A DNA stretch of 64,000 nucleotides, from assembly GCA_965655095.1 (NCBI GenBank), contig OZ296650.1:32612001-32676000 (forward strand), written 5' to 3'. Below, one piece after another: positions 53,201-64,000 of the stretch. A program made the position numbers and the translations under genes. Origin of the DNA: Haplodiscus bocki. Its lineage: Eukaryota. Below the pieces are notes generated by a model, which saw only the letters and a list, made by a program, of their open reading frames with translations, was not told where the DNA came from and ran no database searches. How positions within the stretch are numbered: the first letter of the stretch is position 1; each line of letters starts with the position of its first letter.

Positions 53201-55917
53201 TTGTAGTTTGTGTTTTACAAGGTACGGTTTCAGTTTGGATGGTTCTTTTCGGGCTTTGTATATTGAAAAGTTAATTTCCTGCTCAACTTATCTGATTATG
53301 TTATAAGTTTCAAAACAAGTTCTTCTCAACAGAGTCGTCACAAGCAAAACACTTTCGGTTTCTCTTGCTAAACTGCAAAATCTTTTGTTGGAGGTCCGGG
53401 ATGCAAAAAATAGTCGATCAGTTTTTTTAGAGAAGGGTCTGTCAAAGCAGATTCTTTCAACAAATTTTGAAAATTTAATTTAAATCTTTCAGAAAGTATT
53501 GCTACTCAAGATCTTCAACTACCATAATTTCCTATTACTCAATCATGGAGTTAATTTGAAAACAAATTTGCAAAATGTTTTCACATCAACAGTTTGTTAT
53601 CCTTCACTACCTATTGTGAGCAGATGCAGATTGTTCTCGATAAAACCAGTTTTCGTTTAACATATTTCTTTTTTTAAGGAATTTTTCTGCCAAGACCGCC
53701 ATGTTTCTCAATCGCCACTGAAAGAAGTCCGTGACACTTTTTCTTCCAAAAGTTCTATTTTTGAAAAAACCACAAAGCAGCCATAAATATTAGGTTCTAC
53801 CTTCGGATTTCTCACACGATGTGCTTTGAAGTAATTTGGAATCTTTTTCTCTTTTGACGGTATCATTTGTTGTACGTTTAACCAAACTTTGGACTCGAGC
53901 TCCTTTTAAATTTGAAAGTTGATAATAAATAAATGTTCGAAATTGTAAAATTGATTAACATCAGTAAAAAACTTTTATAGATTCATATTTCTAATGAAAA
54001 ATCCATAAAACTCTGGCGTATAGAAAACACAAAAATGAAAAAACAAAGAAAGTTAGCACGTTGAAAGTAGTATAGCTAAAAACAGTTGCAGAAACATAAA
54101 CCTATAACTCAAAGCAATGTAACCGAAAAGACAACTTGAATACAACTCGTAATATACTGTGAGTTTTTTTAATTTTTTCGATTTTTTCATAAATTTTCTA
54201 CACTAATCTTTTGGAGATGGAAGTTTCTTTTCTTTTGAAAACTGGAAGCGTGAAATCAACCCAGCTCTCCTAATTTTTGTTGATGTTTGAAGTTTTTTGT
54301 TATTGGTGCCATCAGGAGATGACAGGAGTCTTGACTTATGTCACAACACTGGAAAAAAGAACCGTATAACTGCTTTGGAAACCAATTAAAAAAACTCACA
54401 GTTGGAATATGATAAATCATCACGGCTGAATCATTCAGTTTGAAGTTTAGGAATCGGAATACGTTATTCAAACTCTTTTGGAAAATTTTCAACTTGTTAC
54501 ATTGTAAGAGTAGAGTACCTTTTCCGATATTAATTGAAATTACTTTTCTCTGGACCCTATCAGTCTGTAGCTGGCTTTAAAATCATCGCTGTGTTCAGTG
54601 ATTGGGTAAATTTTTTGACAACTCATTGTAGTTTGTGTTTTACAAGGTACGGTTTCAGTTTGAATGGTTCTTTTCGGGCTTTGTATATTGAAAAGTTAAT
54701 TTCCTGCTCAACTTATCTGATTATGTTATAAGTTTCAAAACAAGTTCTTCTCAACAGAGTCGTCACAAGCAAAACACTTTGGGTTTCTCTTGCTAAACTG
54801 CAAAAACTTTTGTTGGAGGTCCGGGATGCAAAAAATAGTCGATCAGTTTTTTTAGAGAAGGGTCTGTCAAAGCAGATTCTTTCAACAAACTTTAAAATTT
54901 TAATTTAAATCTTTCAGAAAGTACTGCTACTCAAGATCTTCAACTACCATAACTTCCTATTACTCAATCATGGAGTTAATTTGAAAACAAAATTGCAAAA
55001 TGTTTTCACATCAACAGTTTGTTATCCTTCACTACCTTTGTGAGCAGATGCAGATTGTTTTCGATAACACCGGTTTTCGTTTAACATATTTGTTTTTTAA
55101 TGGAATTTTTCAGCCAAAACCACCAATTTCCTCAATCGAAACTGAAGGAAGTCCGTAACACCTTTTCTTCCGATAGTTCTATTTTTGAAAAAACCAAAAT
55201 GCAGCCATAATTATTAGGTTCTACCTTCGGTTTTCTCACACGATGTGCTTTGAAGTAATTTGGAATCTTTTTCTCTTTTGACGGTATCATTTGTTGTTCG
55301 TTTAACCAAACTTTGGACTCGAACTCCTTTTAAATTTGAAAGTTGATATTAAAAAAATGTTCGAAATTGTAAAATTGATTAACATCAGTAAAAAGCTTTT
55401 TTAGATTCATACTTCTAAGGAAAAACCCATAAAACTCTGGCGTATAGAAAACACAAAAAGGAAAAAACATAAAAAGTTAGCACGTTGGAAGTAGTATAGC
55501 TAAAAACAGTTGCAGACACATAAACCTATATTTCAAAGCAATGTAACCGAAAAGACAACTTGAATACAACTCATAATATACTGTAAGTTTTATAATTATT
55601 CTCATTTTTTTTAAATTTTTCTACACTAATCTGTTGGAGATGGAAACATCTTTTCTTCTGAAGATTGGAAGCGTGAAATCAACCCAGCTCCCGTAACTTT
55701 TGTTGAGGTTTCATGTTTTTTGTCATTGGTGCCATCAGGAGATGACAGGAGTCTGGACTTATATCAGACGACTGCAAAAAAGAGCCGTACAACTGCTTTG
55801 AAAACCAATTGAAAAATCTCACAGCTGGAATGTAATAAATTATCAAGGCTTAATCAATCAGTTTGAAGATTCGGAAGCGGAATACATTATTCAAACACTT
55901 TTGGAAAATTTTCAATT

Positions 55918-58751
55918 TGTTACATTGTAAGAGTAGAGTACATTTTCCGATATTAATTGAAATTACTTTTCTCTGGATCCTATCAGTCTGTAGCTGGGTT
56001 GAAAATCATCGCTGTTTTCAGTGATCGGGTAATTTTTTTGACAACACATTGTAGTTTGTGTTTTACACGGTACGGTTTCAGTTTGAATGTTTCTTTTGGG
56101 CATTGTACATTGAAATGTTAATTTCCTGCTCAACTGATCTGATTATGATATAGTTTCAAAACAAGTTCCTCTCAACAGAGTCGTCACAAGCAAAATACTT
56201 TGGGTTTCTCTTGCTAAACTGCAAAAACTTTTGTTGGAGTTGCGGGATGCAAAAAATAGTCGATCAGTTTTTTAGAGAAGGCTCAGTCAAAGCAGATTCT
56301 TTCAACAAACTTTGAAAATTTAAATTAAATCATTCAGAAACTACTGCTACTCAAAATCTATAACCACTATATCGTCCCATTACCCAATCTTAGGGTGAAC
56401 TTGAAAAAAATTGCAAAAAGTTTTCACAGCAGCAGTTTGTTATCCTTCAGTACTTATTATGAGCAAATGCAGATTGTTTTCGATAACATCAGATTTCGTT
56501 TGACGTATTTGTTCTCTAATGGAACTGTTCAGCCGAAAATGTCAATGTTGTCAATCACAAGTGAATTATATCCGTAACAACGTTATTTTCAATAGCTCTT
56601 TATTTTAGGGAAACTAAAATCCTGGGGTAATCATTAGCTTCAACTTTCGATTGTTTCACACCATCTTTCTTTGAGGTAATTTGGAATCTTCTTCTTTTTT
56701 CATGTTATCAATTTTTGTTCGTTCAAGCAACTATTTGAATTGAACTGCTGTTCAATCGGAAAGTTTAGATATAAAAGACAACTGTACCAAGTTGTTAAAT
56801 TCTTTTTTATCAGTAAAAAGCTTGCTTAGATTCACGTTTCATTGGAAAATCCATAATATTTGAGAGTATAGAAAATACAAAAAGGAAAAACGAGAAAAGT
56901 AAGAATGTTGAAAATAGCACAGCCAAAAACACTTGCAGAAACATAGCTTTTAACTCAAAGTAATGTAACGAGAAAGACCACTTGAATACAACTACTAATT
57001 TAAAGAATGTTTTTTAATGATTTCGATTTTCTTACAAGTTTGTACACTAGTCTCGTAAAAACGGAAATTCCGTTTCATTATGAAAAATTGAAGATTGAAC
57101 TCAATCCAGCTCTCCTAATTGTCAAGTTTTTAGAATTTTAGTTGTTTTTGCAATCATGAGATTAAAGAATGAGGACTTATGTCACATGACTGGAAAAAGA
57201 ACCGTACAACTGGTTTGAAATTCAATTTAAAAAACTGACAGCTGGAATGTGATGAATCATCATGGCTTAATGATTCAGTTTGAAGTTTCGGAAGAGGAAT
57301 ACAATATTCAGACTCTTTCGGCAAATTTTCAATTTGTTACATTGTAAGAGTAGAGTACCTTTTCCGATATTAATTGAAATTACTTTTCTCTGGATCCTAT
57401 CAGTCTGTAGCTGGGTTGAAAATCATCGCTGTTTTCAGTGATCGGGTAATTTTTTTGACAACACATTGTAGTTTGTGTTTTACACGGTACGGTTTCTGTT
57501 TGAATGTTTCTTTTGGGCATTGTACATTGAAATGTTAATTTCCTGCTCAACTGATCTGATTATGATATAGTTTCAAAACAAGTTCCTCTCAACAGAGTCG
57601 TCACAAGCAAAATACTTTGGGTTTCTCTTGCTAAACTGCAAAAACTTTTGTTGGAGTTGCGGGATGCAAAAAATAGTCGATCAGTTCTTTAGAGAAGGCT
57701 CAGTCAAAGCAGATTCTTTCAACAAACTTTGAAAATTTAAATTAAATCATTCAGAAACTACTGCTACTCAAAATCTATAACCACTATATCGTCCCATTAC
57801 CCAATCTTAGGGTGAACTTGAAAAAAATTGCAAAAAGTTTTCACAGCAGCAGTTTGTTATCCTTCAGTACTTATTATGAGCAAATGCAGATTGTTTTCGA
57901 TAACATCAGATTTCGTTTGACGTATTTGTTCTCTAATGGAACTGTTCAGCCGAAAATGTCAATGTTGTCAATCACAAGTGAATTATATCCGTAACAACGT
58001 TATTTTCAATAGCTCTTTATTTTAGGGAAACTAAAATCCTGGGGTAATCATTAGCTTCAACTTTCGATTGTTTCACACCATCTTTCTTTGAGGTAATTTG
58101 GAATCTTCTTCTTTTTTCATGTTATCAATTTTTGTTCGTTCAAGCAACTATTTGAATTGAACTGCTGTTCAATCGGAAAGTTTAGATATAAAAGACAACT
58201 GTACCAAGTTGTTAAATTCTTTTTTATCAGTAAAAAGCTTGCTTAGATTCACGTTTCATTGGAAAATCCATAATATTTGAGAGTATAGAAAATACAAAAA
58301 GGAAAAACGAGAAAAGTAAGAATGTTGAAAATAGCACAGCCAAAAACACTTGCAGAAACATAGCTTTTAACTCAAAGCAATGTAACGAGAAAGACCACTT
58401 GAATACAACTACTAATTTAAAGAATGTTTTTTAATGATTTCGATTTTTTTACAAGTTTGTACACTAGTCTCGTAAAAACGGAAATTCCGTTTCATTATGA
58501 AAAATTGAAGATTGAACTCAATCCAGCTCTCCTAATTGTCAAGTTTTCAGAATTTTAGTTGTTTTTGCAATCATGAGATTAAAGAATGAGGACTTATGTC
58601 ACATGACTGGAAAAAGAACCGTACAACTGGTTTGAAATTCAATTTAAAAAACTGACAGCTGGAATGTGATGAATCATCATGGCTTAATGATTCAGTTTGA
58701 AGTTTAGGAAGAGGAATACAATATTCAGACTCTTTCGGCAAATTTTCAATT
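55918..58751. repeat. Two adjacent, near-identical family C monomers (1417 bp each)
   Basis: ORFs 56395 and 57812 are identical. Only about half a dozen substitutions are visible by eye. Confidence 0.95.
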
Positions 58752-61598
58752 TGTTACATTGTAAGAGTAGAGTATCGTTTCCGATATTACTTGAAATTAC
58801 TTTTCTCTGGATCCTGTCAGTCTGTAGCTGGGTTGAAATTCATCGCTGTTTTCAGTGATTGGGTAAGTTTTTTTATAACACATTGTAGTTTGTGTTTTAC
58901 AAGGTACGGTTTCAGTTTGAATGTTTGTTTTTGGGCTTTGTATATTGAAAAGTTAATTTCCTGCTCAACTTTTCTGATTATGTTATAAGTTTCAAAACAA
59001 TTTCCTCCCAACAGAGTCCGCTCAAGCAAAATACTTTGGGTTTCTTTCGCTAAACTGAAAAAATTTTGTTGGAGTTCCGGGATGCAAATAATAGTCAATC
59101 AGTTTTTTTAAAGAAGGCCCAGTCAAAGCAGATTCTTTCAACACACTTTGAAAAATTAATTCAAATCTTTCAGAAAGTACTGCTACTCAAGATCTTCAAC
59201 TACCATAACTTCCTATTACTCATTCATAGTGTTATTTTGATAACAAAATTGCAAAATGTTTTCACATCAACAGTTTGTTATCCTTCACTACCTGTTGTGA
59301 GCAGATGCAGATTGTTTTCGATAACACCAGTTTTCGTTTCACATAATTGTTTTTCAATGGAATTTTTCATCCAAAACCGCCAATGTTCTCATTCGCAAGT
59401 GAAAAAAGTCCGTAACACTTTTTCTTCCAATAATTCTATTTTTGAAAAAACCAAAAAGCAGCCATAAATATTAGGTTCTACCTTCGGTTTTCTCACACGA
59501 TGTGCTTTGAAGTAATTTGGAATCTTTTTCTCTTTTGACGGTATCATTTTTTATTCGATTAACCAAAATTTGGACTCGAACCCCATTCAAACCTGAAAGT
59601 TGATATTAAAAAACTGTTTGAAGTTGTAAAATTGATTAACATCAGAAGAAAACTTTTTTAAGTTCACATTTCTAAGGAAAAATCCATAAATCTCTGCCGT
59701 GTAGAAAACACAAAAGTGAAAAAACATAAAAAGTTAGCACGTTGAAAGTAGTATAGCTAAAAATAATTGCAGAAACATAAACCTATAACTCAAAGCAATG
59801 TAACCGAAAAGACAACTTGAATACAACTAGTAATATACTGTAAGTTTTTTTTAATTTTCCTGATTTTTTTCAGAATTTTCTACACTAATCTTTTGGAGAT
59901 GGGAACTTCTTTTCTTCTGAAGAATGGAAGCGTCAAATCAACCCAGCTCCCGTAACTTTTGTTGAGGTCTATGTTTTTGTTATTGGTGCCATCAGGAGAT
60001 GACAGGAGTCTGGACCTATGTGACAAGACTGCAAAAAAGAGCCGTACAACTGCTTTGAAAACCAATTTAAAAAACTCACAGCTGGAATGTGATGAATCAT
60101 CATGGCTTAATGATTCAGTTTGAAGTTTCGGAAGCGGAATACATTATTCAGACTCTTTTGGCAAATTTTCAATTTGTTACATTGTAAGAGTAGAGTATCG
60201 TTTCCGGTATTATTTGAAATTACTCTTCCCTGGATCCTGTCAGTCTGATGCTGGGTTGAAATTCATCGCTGTTTTCAGTGATTGGGTAAGTTTTTTGACA
60301 ACACATTGTAGTTTGTGTTTTACAGGGTACGGTTTCAGTTTGAATGATTGTTTTTGGGCTTTGTATATTGAAAAGTTACTTTCCTGCTCAACGTTTTTGA
60401 TTATGTTATAAGTTTCAAAACAAGTTCCTCCCAACAGAGTCTGCACAAGCAAAATACTTTGGGTTTCTCTTGCTAATTTGCAAAAAATTTTGTTGGAGTT
60501 CCGGGATGAAAATAATAGTCGATCAGTTTTTTTAGAGAAGGCTCAGTCAAAGCAGATTGTTTCAACAAACTTTGAAAAATTAACTCAAATCTTTCAGAAA
60601 GTACTGCTTCTCAAGATCTTCAACTACCATAACTTCCTATTACTCAATCATGGAGTTAATTTGAAAACAAAAATGCAAAATGTTTTCACTTCAACAGTTT
60701 GTTATCCTTCACTACCTGTTGTGAGCAGATGCAGATTGTTTTCGATAACACCAGTTTTCGTTTAACATATTTGTTTTTAATAGAATTTTTCAGCCACGAC
60801 GGCCAATTTTCTCATTTGCAAGTGAAAAAAGTCCGTAACACCTTTTCTTCCAATAATTCTATTTTTGAAAAAACCAAAATGCAGCCATCAATATTAGGTT
60901 CTACCTTCGGTTTTCTCACACGATGTGCTTTGAAGTAATTTGGAATCTTTTTCTCTTTCGAAAGTATCATTTTTTGTTCGTTTAACCAAACTTTGGACTT
61001 GAACCCCATTCAAACCTGAAAGTTGATATTAAAAAACTGTTTGAAATTGTAAAATTGATTAACATCAGAAGAAAACTTTTTTAAGTTCACATTTCTAAGG
61101 AAAAATCCATAAATCTCTGCCGTGTAGAAAACACAAAATTGAAAAAACATAAAAAATTAGCACGTTGAAAGTAGTATAGCAAAAACAGTTGCAGAAACAT
61201 AAACCTATAACTCAAAGCAATCTAACCGAAAAGACAACTTGAATACAACTCGTAATATACTATATGTTTTTTTCTAATTTTTTCGATTTTTTTAAATATT
61301 GTACACTAATTTTTGTGAGATGGAAACTTCTTTTCTTTTGAAGACTGGAAGCGTGAAATCAACCCAGCTCCCGTAACCTTTGTTGAGGTTTCAAGTTTTT
61401 TGTTATTGGTGCCATCAGGAGATGACAGGAGTCTGGACTTATGTCACAAGACTGCAAAAAAGAGCCGTACAACTGGATTAAAATTCATATAAAAAAAACT
61501 CACAGCTGGGATGTGATGAATCATCATGGCCTAATGATTCAGTTTGATGTTTCGGAAGAGGAATATTTTATTCAGACTCTTTTGGCAAATTTTCAATT

Positions 61599-63023
61599 TG
61601 TTACATTGTAAGAGTAGAGTATCGTTTCCGATATTAATTGAAATTACTTTTCCGTGGATCTTGTCAGTCTGTTGCTGGGTTGAAGTTCATCGCTGTTTTC
61701 AGTGACTGGGTAAGTTTTTTGACAACACATTGTAGTTTGTGTTTTACAGGGTACGGTTCCAGTTTGAATGTTTCTTTTTGGGCATTGTACATTGAAATGT
61801 CAATTTCCTGCTCAACTTATCTGAATATGTTATAAAGTTTCAAAACAAGTTCCTCCCAACAGAGTCCTCACAAGCAACATACTTTGGGTTTCTCTTGCTA
61901 AACTGCAAAAACTTTTGTTGGAGTTGCGGGATGCAAAAAATAGCCGATCAGTTTTTTAGAGAAGGCTCAGTCAAAGCAGATTCTTTCAACAAACTTTGAA
62001 AATATAAATTAAATCATTCAGAAACTACTGCTACTCAAAATCTATAACCACTATATCGTCCCATTACCCAATCTTAGGGTGAACTTGAAAAAAAATTGCA
62101 AAAAGTTTTCACAGCAGCAGTTTGTTATCCTTCAGTACTTATTATGAGCAAATGCAGATTGTTTTCGATAACATCAGATTTCGTTTGACGTATTTGTTCT
62201 CTAAAGGAACTGTTCAGCTGAAAATGTCAATGTTCTCAATCACAAATGAATTATATCCGCAACAACTTCATTTTCATTAGCTCTGTATTTTAGGAAAACT
62301 AAAATCCTGGGGTAATCATTAGCTTCAACTTTCGATTTTTTCACACCATCTGTCTTTGAGGTAATTTGGAATCTTCTTCTTTTTTCATGTTATCAATTTT
62401 TGTTCGTTCAAGCAAGTCTTTGAATTGAACTGCTGTTCAGTCGGAAAGTTTAGATATAAAAGACAACTGTACCAAGTTGTTAAATTCTTTTTTATCAGTA
62501 AAAAGCTTGCTTAGATTCACGTTTCATTGGAAAATCCATAATATTTGAGAGTATAGAAAATACAAAAAGGAAAAACGAAAAAAGTAAGAATGTTGAAAGT
62601 AGCACAGCAAAAAACACTTGCAGAAACATAACCTTTAACTCAAAGCAACGTAACCAGAAAGACCACTTGAATACAACTCCTAATTTAATGAAAGTTTTTT
62701 AATGATTTCGATTTTTTTTTACAAGTTTGTACACTAGCCTCGTAAAAACGGAAATTTCGTTTCATTATGAACAATTGAAGACTGAACTCAACCCAGCTCT
62801 CCTAATTGTCAAGTCTTTAGAATTTTAGTTGTTTTTGCAATCATGAGATTAAAGAAGTGAGGACTTATGTCACATGACTGGAAAAAAGAACCGTACAACT
62901 GGTTTGAAATTCAATTAAAAAATCTCACAGCTGGAATGTGATGAATCGTCATGGCTTAGTTATTCAGTTTGAAGTTTCGGAAGCGGAATACATTATTCAG
63001 ACTCTTTTGGCAAGTTTTCAATT
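61599..63023. repeat. Family C monomer
   Basis: C diagnostics from about 62000 to 62860. Confidence 0.93.
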
Positions 63024-64000
63024 TGTTACATTGTAAGAGTAGAGTATCGTTTCCGATATTATTTGAAATTACTCTTCCCTGGATCCTGTCAGTCTGTTGC
63101 CGGGTTGAAGTTCATCGCTGTTTTCAGTGATTGGGTAAGTTTTTGACAACACATTGTAGTTTGTCTTTTACAAGTTACGGTTTCAGTTTGAATGGTTGTT
63201 TTTGTGCTTTGTACATTGAAAAGTTAATTTCCTGCTCAACTTTTCTGATTATGTTATAAGTATCAAAACAAGTTCCTCCCAACAGAGTCCTCACAAGCAA
63301 AATACTTTGGTTTTCTCTTGCTAAACTGCAAAAAAATTTGTTGGAGTTCCGGGATGCAAATAATAGTCGATCAGTTTCTTTAGTGAAGGCTCAGTCAAAG
63401 CAGATTCTTTCAACAAACTTTGAAAAATTAATTCAAATCTTTCAGAAAGTACTGCTACTCAAGATCTTCAACTACCATAACTTCCTATTACTCAATCATA
63501 GAGTTTATTTGAAAACAAAATTGCAAAATGTTTCCACTTCAACAGTTTGTTATCCTTCACTACCTATTGTGAGCAGATGCAGATTGTTTTCGGTAACACC
63601 AGTTTTCGTTTAACATAATTGTTTTTTAATGGATTTTTTCAGCCACAACTGCCATTTTTCTCAATCGCAAAAGAAAAAAGTCCGTAACACCGTTTCTTCC
63701 AATAGTTCTTTTTTTGAAAAAACCAAAATGCAGCCTTAATTATGAGGTTCTACATTCGGTTTTCTCACACGATGTGCTTTGAAGTAATTTGGAATCTTTT
63801 TCTCTTTCGACGGAATCCTTTTTTGTTCGTTTAACCAAACATTGGACTCGAACGCCGTTTAAATCTGAAAGTTGATATTAAAAAAATGTTCGAATTTGTA
63901 AAATTGATTAACATCAGAAGAAACCTTTTTTTAGTTCACATTTCTAAGGAAAAATCCATAAATCTCTGCCGTGTAGAAAACACAAAATTGAAAAAACATA

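Larger units (their letters stand above)
21863..55917. repeat. Family B core: 24 consecutive B monomers (mostly ~1419-1432 bp)
   Basis: Diagnostic words: aactaccataa, gcagattgttttcgataacacc, ataaaactctgccgtatag, ggtgccatcaggagatgacagg. No full A or C monomer lies in this interval. Confidence 0.95.
1..64000. repeat. Macrosatellite / complex tandem array, ~1.42-1.44 kb monomer, ~45 full copies plus one partial, running off both window ends
   Basis: Anchor motifs (TGTTACATTGTAAG, TTTGTTATCCTTC, CCCAGCTC, TTGAATACAACT, CACAGCTGGAA) recur in the same orientation, typically every 1417-1438 bp (1470 for the first monomer; shorter in three deleted monomers). The ORF track repeats with the same period. 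Confidence 0.99.

Noticed and set aside
257-63613. The many 60-183 aa ORFs as functional CDSs
   Set aside because: They are the same monomer segments recurring in different frames, mostly with TTG/GTG starts. They open and close with homopolymer indels, and monomer lengths are not consistently multiples of 3. At best some are fragments of the decayed frame reported above.
1-64000. CRISPR array, rDNA, 5S, histone or tRNA tandem cluster
   Set aside because: There is no short repeat/unique spacer structure and no recognisable rRNA, histone or cloverleaf sequence in the monomer.

Overview
The whole 64-kb window is one head-to-tail tandem array of a complex, AT-rich monomer of about 1.42-1.44 kb. 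It holds about 45 full monomers plus a partial one and is broken only by a 200-N scaffold gap at 2809-3008. Taking TGTTACATTGTAAG as an arbitrary start, monomers begin at 1, 1471, (gap), 4234, 5670, 7108, 8544, 9982, 11416, 12364, 13786, 15209, 16635, 17592, 19015, 20438, 21863, 23284, 24704, 26127, 27547, 28968, 30393, 31815, 33247, 34671, 36092, 37515, 38934, 40357, 41782, 43205, 44629, 46052, 47476, 48898, 50225, 51648, 53070, 54495, 55918, 57335, 58752, 60175, 61599 and 63024. There are three homologous but clearly diverged monomer families: A (1-11437), B (dominant, with an uninterrupted core at 21863-55917) and C (six copies, only on the flanks of the B core). The array shows higher-order duplications, mosaic monomers and deletions. 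I find no intact gene, RNA gene, CRISPR array or recognisable transposase; the short ORFs are the same monomer segments recurring. The main observation is that differences between the families fall mostly on third codon positions of one reading frame over about 1 kb of the monomer. This suggests a decayed protein-coding sequence amplified into a macrosatellite, and it carries in-frame stop codons shared by all families. I cannot identify the protein or the organism; a eukaryotic scaffolded assembly is likely. All counts were made by hand.
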